The notes beneath the pieces were generated by a model that made no database searches, was not told the origin of the DNA, and was given only the letters and a program-made list of their open reading frames with translations. Below are positions 55,582 through 64,000 of a DNA stretch of 64,000 nucleotides, one piece after another. Both the position numbers and the translations under genes were made by a program. Position 1 is the first letter of the stretch, and the number at the start of each line of letters is the position of its first letter. The DNA lies in contig CAVXZB010000024.1 in NCBI GenBank assembly GCA_963765895.1, positions 128,001-192,000 on the forward strand, given 5' to 3'. This DNA is from an uncultured Nitrososphaeraceae archaeon. Its GTDB lineage: Archaea; Thermoproteota; Nitrososphaeria; Nitrososphaerales; Nitrososphaeraceae.

Positions 55582-56639
55582 TGAATTGGGATAGATACCA
55601 AAGCTTCCATTTATTAATATTTGTAAGTAAATATCGACTAAAGGTCCACTTCAAACGTCGTAGATAGAGATAGTTAAATTATTTTGTAATCTCAAATATT
55701 AAGATGCGTGAAATATCTGTTGTTCTAAGAAATGACAATCCAGAAGCAGGCATTGCCAGTATATGTTTCAAGAATTTTTCAGTTCTTATCTTTTACTGAG
55801 GATTACGATAATCGAATATTAAAACAGGAAACTCGTTAGATAATGTAGGGTTGCTGTAAAATAATGGACTGACACATGAACCTTTGATGGATCAGCGTAT
55901 TACTTATCAAAATTACGAATATATGAGATCATCAAAGGGATAAAATAAGCTAATAGCAGTTGATAGTTGATAGTATTAGTACCTACAGATGATCAACATT
56001 TAACGTACATCCTGATATGCCATATCACTAGATTAGTATCAATGATTCATTAAAAATCAAACAAAAATTGATAAATAGTGAGTTCATACCCACTTCTATC
56101 GAATGTATTTCTTAAGAGTGGCAGCTTCAATTGTATTTTTATGTAACAATCCCCAAACTGGGTGCGACTGTTTTTGGCTAAAAATATATGCTGCTATTAA
56201 TGATAAATCGTATTAAAAATCAAAGTAATCACGTGAGCTGGATATCTCGATCCAGACTGGTTGCTTCCTGCATAAACGTTTCCGCATATTTCTATCATAT
56301 ATAGAATAATATGTGTCTTGCCAACTTCTATATCGACTCGATGCTAGATTAGTTGATTAATATAGAGATGTACGATAGAGCAATAGGAGGACGGTATAGG
56401 TCATTAATCATATTGCGCAATTAGTTATTCTCGTTTCCATGATCTAGAAACATATAAGCATTTTATGGAAGCACTATGGAAATAGTAGTGCATATTTAAT
56501 TTATCATCTTATGAATCATACTCAGTTTTAGTCTGTACACCAGTTCTAAGTTAGTCACAATATTGTAAAATTGGTCAGCATATTTTAACGATAGAAGATG
56601 CATCTTCGTGGCCTATATTACCATAAGCTTATGTAATTA

Positions 56640-57083
56640 TTATTCTGCACCTAGTAACCCCAATAGATCGAATTCCTCTGAGGGTTTTGACTTAATTTCA
56701 GCAATTGAAATCAAATGTCCATCAGGATCTTTGACTATCGCATGTTTACCGAATGATTCATTTTTAGGATTTTTGAAAAATTCAACCTTATTTTCTTTTA
56801 ATATTTTTGCGGTTGCATCTAGATCGCTAACCATGAAACCTACTAAAGTAGCCATCCCAGTCTTGATTTCTTTATGAGCGGACTCACTACTGCCCTTTTT
56901 TATAGGATGAAGAGCCAATGTTGTTTCCCTGTTAAAGAATTCTACCCAATCCGCAGACTTGGTCTTGATTGGAAGGCCAAGGACTTCTTCGTAGAACTTT
57001 ATAGACCTATCAATATCCGACACTAATAAAATTACTGTACCTACCTTTGTGAATAGCAAGTTACTACGAGTTCTCTCGCTCAT
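56640..57083 (-). CDS. VOC/glyoxalase family protein
   Basis: VSDIDRSIKFYEEVLG, FMVSDLD, KDPDGHLI. Confidence 0.9.
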   Translation of the reverse strand: MSERTRSNLLFTKVGTVILLVSDIDRSIKFYEEVLGLPIKTKSADWVEFFNRETTLALHPIKKGSSESAHKEIKTGMATLVGFMVSDLDATAKILKENKVEFFKNPKNESFGKHAIVKDPDGHLISIAEIKSKPSEEFDLLGLLGAE

Positions 57084-57374
57084 TCTCCCTTACACGACCA
57101 CTATGTGGGTTGTAAGTGGCCCAAGTTAAGAATGTTCCTATTGTGATGTAATGATGGTCTAACTGGTAGAGAACAAAATAGCTCTGGGTTTTCGATCAGT
57201 AGATAGCTTGAATACCGTATAGACTGTAGTATTAAAACAAGAAGCAGCGATCGATGAGAAAGGTCTACGATGTTATGTTCTAAGGAGAGTCCGAGTATAC
57301 CTGCAGTTGCGAAGGCTTACAATATTATCTAACACAAAAGCTGCTTTATATCTGAGAATGATTAGAACCCTGCA

Positions 57375-58832
57375 TTAAGTTTGAAAGAATTTCTTTGTTT
57401 CTCCCAGAGCTAATAGTTCTAGTGTTGCTACCCTTACGACAACCGGGAGATCACACATCGCTTTGCCAATTGCTAAGCAGCAACGTTGAGGTAGTGTCTT
57501 AACTATAGATCTAATTGTGTCTCTGTCTGCAAGTGACACCTTTGATATTTTGTCCAAATCGGTATCGTTAGTAAAATTAAACAGGAAGATATTATCAACT
57601 TGCCTATAAATTCCGTCATTGATAGCATCTGGTTGGTTAGTAATAAAAGTTGCATAGATGCCAAAATGCCTCATTCTTGTGATAATATCTTCCCAATACG
57701 TGTCTCTCACATACATGTGTGCCTCTTCTGCAAATAGAAAGACAGGAGGAATTTGAGCTCTTTCCAGAAGCTCCACTAGTTTGCTTAATATTAGCTCTAC
57801 TAGCATTAACCTTACAATTGGGCGGACTTTGGCCATGCTGACTATAAAAGCAGCTCCGGTAGCCATTCTTGAAATTATTTCCTCAAATCTGAAACTATCT
57901 CTGCTCCCATCCTCCGAAAATAATTTAGATGTCTGAACAGTGTGAAATCTGGAAATAAGGGCCTCTCGCACATATTCATTGATGTTCCATGTGTTAATTG
58001 CCTTCTCAATGCTTGTTAAATTCAATGATTTTTTGCTTTCGAGATGATCCCATATGCGCATGAATTCGCGCAACGAAGCTGCTGGCATTTCAAGCGCATT
58101 TTTCAACATATTAGATATGCCAGTCTTTCCACAATAATCCAAAGAGAAACTTAAGGCATCGCCTATCTCTAGTCTAATGACCCGATTAGAGATATTTGAT
58201 GGTGATTTATCTCTATTATACGCCAATCCCTGATATTCATTATTTAAGTCAAACACGAAGATATAGCCCCCATGCTCCAATAAAGTCTTGACCAGCATTT
58301 TGGAAAGATGTGACTTACCAGATTCTTTCCTTCCCGTAATGATATTTAATTTACCATCGAGATCTTCTGCGTAAATCGCTATGTTTTCATTCGCCATACC
58401 TGCTTTGCCAAGAGGAATAAGAAATTTTCCTGTTCTACCGAGAAAAGAGTGAAGCTCAGAAATTTTGAGAAGACTTACCTTAGAACATACCCTTGAGGGA
58501 AGTCCACTAATTTCAGTCGTTAGCATTCCGCTACCGTCTACAGAAGCCCTTATCTTTGTGTGATAAATTCGCGCATCTCTCAATAAATTAGAAATCCTGC
58601 TTATATTTAGGGGATCATGAATACGTTCGACACTTGAGGCTGCTGCTATTTCATCTCTGATCATATCATCTATGAGTGGTTGGGAAGATAGATATTCTTC
58701 ATCGAAAACTTGGACTATTAATCTTCTGCCCAAATTCTCATCTTGAATTAGGAGATACTCACCTTTAGATACAATTTCTGTTTTCATAGCCAACATCAAA
58801 AATCCGTCGCTATTCTTAGATAGAATTCTCAT
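57375..58832 (-). CDS. herA: HerA-like ATPase (DUF87/FtsK-HerA)
   Basis: Walker A GRKESGKS, FDLNNEY, Walker B FAEEAH, RMRHFG, TNQP; N-terminal HAS-barrel-like region. Confidence 0.82.
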   Translation of the reverse strand: MRILSKNSDGFLMLAMKTEIVSKGEYLLIQDENLGRRLIVQVFDEEYLSSQPLIDDMIRDEIAAASSVERIHDPLNISRISNLLRDARIYHTKIRASVDGSGMLTTEISGLPSRVCSKVSLLKISELHSFLGRTGKFLIPLGKAGMANENIAIYAEDLDGKLNIITGRKESGKSHLSKMLVKTLLEHGGYIFVFDLNNEYQGLAYNRDKSPSNISNRVIRLEIGDALSFSLDYCGKTGISNMLKNALEMPAASLREFMRIWDHLESKKSLNLTSIEKAINTWNINEYVREALISRFHTVQTSKLFSEDGSRDSFRFEEIISRMATGAAFIVSMAKVRPIVRLMLVELILSKLVELLERAQIPPVFLFAEEAHMYVRDTYWEDIITRMRHFGIYATFITNQPDAINDGIYRQVDNIFLFNFTNDTDLDKISKVSLADRDTIRSIVKTLPQRCCLAIGKAMCDLPVVVRVATLELLALGETKKFFQT

Positions 58833-59869
58833 ATTGACATTGATCCTAATAATGTGCTTCGAATATCATCATGCGGAACTACCTGTAGTCTATACTTGCT
58901 TAGAAGATGTCCCTTAAGACACTCAATTTCTGTTGGGTTGAATGTCGAAATATGATGAGCCAGTCTCAATGACTCAGGATACCCAAGACCTAGAGAATCG
59001 TTTCCAAGTAATTTTCCGAATGCAATATCTATTGTTTTTTCTGGATCAACTATGTCTACACGTAGTATTGGACTGTCATTCTCTCCAAATTTGGCGAGCG
59101 TATTGTTGCCAATTGGATCCCTAATCAAGCCCTTCATATATAGATTTAAATCTACATACGCTGGTGACTTGCATCCTATTAGAAATGAATAGACGCTTTC
59201 AAGAATACTTAGGTTTGTTTTTTTGGTGATGGCTATTAGAGAATTTCCGTTAGTGCGACAGTATTCAACAATATTTTTTATATTTTCCTGCGTAGATTCT
59301 AAAGGCGAAGCTTTGAGGGATCCATCAATAAGTATTATTGAATTGTTAATTATCTTGGACAACCCATATTGAATCGATCTTTCAGTCCTTACCCGTATAA
59401 GCCTCTTGACTGATTCATGATCAGCTAAGCTAATATTGGCAAGCTGGTGATCCAGTGCTGATTCTCTTAGGGTGTCATCGTTCAAGTAGAAAATTATGGG
59501 CCCAATTTTATAATGGTGTACCGCATCACTATTTGATGCTATCGCAATGCCGCATTTTACAGCATATATATTCCCGTCATCTGTTTCACCGAGCCTCACA
59601 CTACTTGAGTCAATAGCAAAAATACGAGTCTTTGTTCGTATAGGCTTAATTGTTATTGGTGTTGCACAATAAGAATTATATCTGCTAGATTGCCTATTTA
59701 AATATTGGATGCCATTACCGTCAACGTCAAACAATACTCTCTGGCCTGTACGTAGGTTGCTTATACCTAAGGGGAAGCAATGTTCAATAGTATTTTTAAT
59801 GACGACGTCTAAATCAAATTCGCAACATGATTGGTTTGGACATATATTATTGTTCATGATGGTCAACAT
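58829..59869 (-). CDS. nurA: NurA-family nuclease
   Basis: AIDSS, RTE, LIDGSL, ITK, GYPESLRLAH; 4-nt overlap with herA. Confidence 0.8.
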   Translation of the reverse strand: MLTIMNNNICPNQSCCEFDLDVVIKNTIEHCFPLGISNLRTGQRVLFDVDGNGIQYLNRQSSRYNSYCATPITIKPIRTKTRIFAIDSSSVRLGETDDGNIYAVKCGIAIASNSDAVHHYKIGPIIFYLNDDTLRESALDHQLANISLADHESVKRLIRVRTERSIQYGLSKIINNSIILIDGSLKASPLESTQENIKNIVEYCRTNGNSLIAITKKTNLSILESVYSFLIGCKSPAYVDLNLYMKGLIRDPIGNNTLAKFGENDSPILRVDIVDPEKTIDIAFGKLLGNDSLGLGYPESLRLAHHISTFNPTEIECLKGHLLSKYRLQVVPHDDIRSTLLGSMSI

Positions 59870-59977
59870 TATTCTGTGGTGGTTATTAATTAATATTGCT
59901 CAACATGGTCAACAAGTTTGAAAAATAATAATTGCCTATATGAGTCACCCTTTCAATAATAACTAGGATTTTATGGA

Positions 59978-60523
59978 ATGATAGATTATGCTCCTACGCC
60001 ATCGCAAACACAACAAGGTGACGTCAAGGTTAGACTAAAGCGCGGAGATTGGGACATAGAGATAACATGTAACAATGATAAGGTCAAAGCCGTGATAGAA
60101 GACGTCCTTTTTGGAATCGATATCTCGACTGAACCGAAGAATGAGCTCGCTACCCAAGTAGAAGAACTAAGAGCTGAAATCGCCTCTATAAATTCTCGAG
60201 TAATGGTAATTCCTGAAACATATGGCCCGGGACCAGATAACCTAGTACAACTAAAGCCCATGATCTCAACTGGAGCTACGTGCAGGGGACTAATTGAGAT
60301 ATTATGTCATGAGGGATATTTCGAATTAGAAAAAACTCTGGGGCAAGTACATGAAGAGTTGGCTAGGCGTGGATACAATTACGACAGAACGGCCGTATCT
60401 CATTCTCTAACAGATCTGGTACGAGAAGGAAGTCTGACACGGATTGGAACAATTAGAAATTATCGGTATCTGCAAAAAGGTAAATCGACCTATGCAGCAG
60501 AGAATCCACACGCAACTACTTGA
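59978..60523 (+). CDS. Uncharacterised protein with a C-terminal winged helix
   Basis: EGYF..KTLGQVHEELARRGYNY..VSHSLTDLVREG.LTR. Confidence 0.7.
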   Translation: MIDYAPTPSQTQQGDVKVRLKRGDWDIEITCNNDKVKAVIEDVLFGIDISTEPKNELATQVEELRAEIASINSRVMVIPETYGPGPDNLVQLKPMISTGATCRGLIEILCHEGYFELEKTLGQVHEELARRGYNYDRTAVSHSLTDLVREGSLTRIGTIRNYRYLQKGKSTYAAENPHATT

Positions 60524-60984
60524 TTTATTGTTGTATTTAATCCTGCAATAGTATGTGGTCACACCAAGTGTTCTGTATGGTATTCTGTGATCATAGGCAG
60601 ATTTAAAGAAACACAATGTACATCCATCTTTTACTTAGTCTTGGGAACAAATGAAAAATAAGTACCTTCTCGACAGAGTGATTTACTACTATATCTAAAC
60701 CGCCCACCTTAAAAATAACGACATTGTTTGAGAATAATATTAATGCCTTTTCCCTCTTGAAAGCAGCAAACATAGTGTATTAAATTGGTAGGAATTCAAA
60801 TATAATGGTTAAATTTACTTAAAACTTTTTAAGCATTAGGAAAAGATTACTGCCACAAAGTAGTTTTCTCGTAATTTTTAAATTATATTTTCCATCATTT
60901 TAAGCATCGATTCATTGCATTGTTTAACGGGAGACTTACAATAGTTAATATTTAGATATAGTTACTACCTTTTGGTATAGCTGA

Positions 60985-62370
60985 ATGTGCGAGTCCGAAT
61001 TATTGCATATAGGAATAGATGATACTGACTCATTAGATGGAAGGTGTACTACACACCTGACATACAATATTGTACGTCATATTTTAAAGAACAGACTAGG
61101 TGATTTTATAGATTATCCCCTGCTAATTAGATTGAACCCAAATGTACCATGGAAAACAAGGGGAAATGGTGCCGTTTGCCTGAGATTGAGAACCCATGAT
61201 CCCAGAAAAATAGTTGAGCATGTGACAAAGTACGTCGAGAAAGAATCTGCGATAGACTCTGGGGCAAATCCCGGTGTAGTAATTTTAGCTAGTAGAACCG
61301 TCCCGGACATGGTACAAGAATTTGGGAGAAGGGCCATGTATGATATTCTTAGTCTGGAAAAGGCTAAAAATATTGCAAGAAAATACGACAGCATAGATCA
61401 TTTTCTATATGGAAATGGCCAGGGGTTAATAGGTTCATTAGCTGCTGTTGGTACTCAATTATGGGGAGACTACACATTTGAAGCAATTGCTTATAGAAGA
61501 TTAGAAAATTGCAAGACTGCTCGAAGAATCAATCCCTTAAAGGTAATAAAATGTAGTGAAGAAACGTTTCCTAATACTTTTAATAACTACGACTTTACTC
61601 ATCATCGAGTTCTTATTGCTCCGCATGGACCAGATCCTGTATTTTGTGGGGTCAGGGGAGAGACTCCTGATATTGTAATATCAGCTTTAGAAATGATGAA
61701 GCCTGAGGAGAAGTTGGATGGATATATGGTTTTTAGATCTAACCAGGGAACCAATATGCATCTTCTAAATGAGTTGGAATTTAGAGATATCAAGCCTTAC
61801 ATGTCGGGTTTCTCGGTTTGCAGGGTAAGTAAAAATCCGAATATCATACATGGCGGACATGTCGTATTTGAAGTTAAAGATGATTGTGGTAACAGCATAG
61901 CTGCGGCTGTATATGAGCCCACAGATCTCACAAATATTGCCGCAAGATTGAAAATAGGAGATCTTATAGAAATAGGTTTTGGGGTAAGAGAAGTGACACC
62001 TAAGCATCAAGAAGTCCTAAATGTAGAATACCTTTCCATAGTTCAGCTCTCACGGGTATCTCGAGTATATAATCCATTCTGCGAGGACTGTGGTAAGAGA
62101 ATGAAATCAGAGGGAAAAAATAAAGGTTTTCAGTGTGAAAAATGTGGATCTCGGAAGGGTACAACGCAAAAGATCCATGTTAGCCAAGAGCGAGATCTAA
62201 AGACTGGACTTTATATTCCATCTCCAAGAAGTCATAGGCATTTAACAAAACCTTCTCATAGATATAATCTAGTGAAGTCTTTTCTCACGTTCGATTCAAC
62301 ATCGAAATTAATTAGATCTTGGGTTTCCTCCATACCACTAGATCATACGACCTATGAAGATAGATTTTAG
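60985..62370 (+). CDS. tiaS: tRNA(Ile2) 2-agmatinylcytidine synthetase
   Basis: GIDDTDS..CTT, RLNPNVPWKTRGNG, PHGPDPVFCGVRG, NQGT, OB fold, C-terminal Zn ribbon. Confidence 0.94.
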   Translation: MCESELLHIGIDDTDSLDGRCTTHLTYNIVRHILKNRLGDFIDYPLLIRLNPNVPWKTRGNGAVCLRLRTHDPRKIVEHVTKYVEKESAIDSGANPGVVILASRTVPDMVQEFGRRAMYDILSLEKAKNIARKYDSIDHFLYGNGQGLIGSLAAVGTQLWGDYTFEAIAYRRLENCKTARRINPLKVIKCSEETFPNTFNNYDFTHHRVLIAPHGPDPVFCGVRGETPDIVISALEMMKPEEKLDGYMVFRSNQGTNMHLLNELEFRDIKPYMSGFSVCRVSKNPNIIHGGHVVFEVKDDCGNSIAAAVYEPTDLTNIAARLKIGDLIEIGFGVREVTPKHQEVLNVEYLSIVQLSRVSRVYNPFCEDCGKRMKSEGKNKGFQCEKCGSRKGTTQKIHVSQERDLKTGLYIPSPRSHRHLTKPSHRYNLVKSFLTFDSTSKLIRSWVSSIPLDHTTYEDRF

Positions 62371-63058
62371 AAAGGCTGTATTAAAATATTAGATCAGATA
62401 AAGTATGATTAGGCAGTCCCTCATGTCATGTTGGGGTATTCAATCATTTACCATTGTATAGTAACGCAGATCATTAGTGGGTAAAGCCCATTCTATTTGT
62501 AAGGCTTATTTCGTAATGCAACTTTAATAATGTATTTTATTGTGTTAGAAGGAAATTGACTGAGGCAAGTGCTCTATTGAAAATCGATGTTAATATATTA
62601 CATCTTCAATATTATATATAATGCGACAGGCTCTAACTCGATCATGAGTTGATGTTATTTCATGATAAGAAACTGTTTGCGCCTGTTGTACTTCCTCTAC
62701 CATTTATAATGCCACATCACCGGTAATAAAAGAGTGCTACTATTGATTCTCATAGAAGACGATTCGATATCAGACAAATGCAAGACCACCCCTTCCACGT
62801 TAAGTTATTTACATGGTTTGGGATTTTATCAGATGAGTCTAACTGTTTTAGTGCTAGCTCACAAGTCCTGTTTTGTGAACCACTATTACCAGCAATGTCG
62901 CAGGAAATATTGTAATTAAATATCTTGGCCCAAGGTCAACAGTCTAATTCAATCTTTTGAACGGATATTTTGGGAATGCAAATACACAGGGAATATAAAC
63001 AAATTGTTTGCCAATGGGTTTCTAATTAGAGAAAACAATAGAAAATCGTATTCTTTTC

Positions 63059-64000
63059 TCAGGCTTTTGCATAGAAACCAGCTTTGCGTTCATAAATTTG
63101 ACCATTTTGCATTGCTTTCTTTATGTATGTCCTTGCCTCATCTTCAGTAAATTTGGTCGTTCTAATCAATTCCTCGATAAAGTTCCGTTCACTAACTTCG
63201 TTTCGATCTTGTCCAGAGAGAGCATTAAATATTTCTATAAATATCTTCAATTTGGAAACCTCACTATGCGGTTTTCCATGAAGCACGCCCAAATCTACCC
63301 TTCCAGTGTTAACATCAATTCCAGCTGTTTCTAACATTCGTTGAACAAGATAAATTGCCCGTTCCGCATCCTCGACTTCTACTCTGTTTCTTAGTAACAA
63401 CCTAGCACGGGCTGTAGAAAGCCTAACCAGTCCTTCTAGCTGTCGAGGTGTGACGGTTATCATACCTTCTGATTCCACGTTTCGCATTTTCATGTAGTAA
63501 TTCCGAATCATATCAATTGCCCCTGTAGTTAAGGAAGGCTCTATTTGCTTAGAATAGGAAAGATATTTACTGAAAAGATCGATATCGATTGCTGATTGGG
63601 CTGCGCGCTCCGAGTCACGATGAATTTCAAGTATGTGACTAGCAATGCGACTATCTTTCTCTTGTTCTGGGTTGTCCCTCACCACATAAATAAGGTCAAA
63701 TCTTGTCAATAGAGGAATCGGTAAATTAACATTTTCAGTGATGTTTTTGAAGGGATCATATTTGCCATACATTGGATTGGCCGCAGATAGAATTGAAGTC
63801 CTTGCGTTGAGTGTGGCTACAATACCTCCTTTAGCCACAGAACAAGTCTGCTGTTCCATGACTTCATGCAAGGCGGATCGGTCCTCTGGCCGTATCTTAT
63901 CGAATTCATCGATGCACACCAATCCTTGATCTGCTAATACTACTGCTCCTGCTTCAAGCATCATAATGCCAGATTTATCTCGAATAACCGCTGCGGTCAA
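63059..64000 (-). CDS. mcm: MCM replicative helicase, C-terminal part (5' truncated by the window)
   Basis: LEAGAVVLAD, CIDEFDK, HEVMEQQ, LNARTSILSAANP, TRFDL, TPRQLE, C-terminal wHTH. Confidence 0.96.
   Translation of the reverse strand: MTAAVIRDKSGIMMLEAGAVVLADQGLVCIDEFDKIRPEDRSALHEVMEQQTCSVAKGGIVATLNARTSILSAANPMYGKYDPFKNITENVNLPIPLLTRFDLIYVVRDNPEQEKDSRIASHILEIHRDSERAAQSAIDIDLFSKYLSYSKQIEPSLTTGAIDMIRNYYMKMRNVESEGMITVTPRQLEGLVRLSTARARLLLRNRVEVEDAERAIYLVQRMLETAGIDVNTGRVDLGVLHGKPHSEVSKLKIFIEIFNALSGQDRNEVSERNFIEELIRTTKFTEDEARTYIKKAMQNGQIYERKAGFYAKA

Overview
Chromosomal window from an ammonia-oxidising archaeon (Nitrososphaerales-like). The assignment rests on archaeal amoA/amoX/amoB, TFB, MCM, TiaS, Dph5, the LysW pathway and intron-containing tRNAs. 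Main blocks: (1) a 14-blade YVTN surface protein, a receiver protein, DUF1059 and a Ca2+/H+ antiporter; (2) an AN1-M50 peptidase, PPP phosphatase, TFB, Egghead-like GT2, tRNA-Leu(CAA), SSB, PAC2, two wHTH genes and a GvpD/KaiC-like ATPase; (3) dph5 plus a LysW-dependent Lys/Arg operon with two carriers and two ligases, where both carriers end EDWGQ instead of the canonical EDWGE; (4) ACT and HTH-B12-like regulators, a CDF transporter, DUF5679, CBS, tRNA-Thr and a two-intron tRNA-Leu(TAA); (5) pdxST, an unannotated 9-Cys peptide and a 2-oxoacid:ferredoxin oxidoreductase; (6) an AMO locus amoA-amoX<>amoB, serS-pcc1-DHH-rps15, then probable amoZ-amoY, with no amoC; (7) radical SAM, APC permease, GT2-GtrA, VOC, a stand-alone nurA-herA pair, tiaS and mcm. 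At least seven single-base frameshifts in six otherwise intact genes (two in amoA) are most simply explained as long-read or assembly indels. No CRISPR array, rRNA, transposase or integrase was recognised. All family assignments come from motif recognition by eye; no database search was run.
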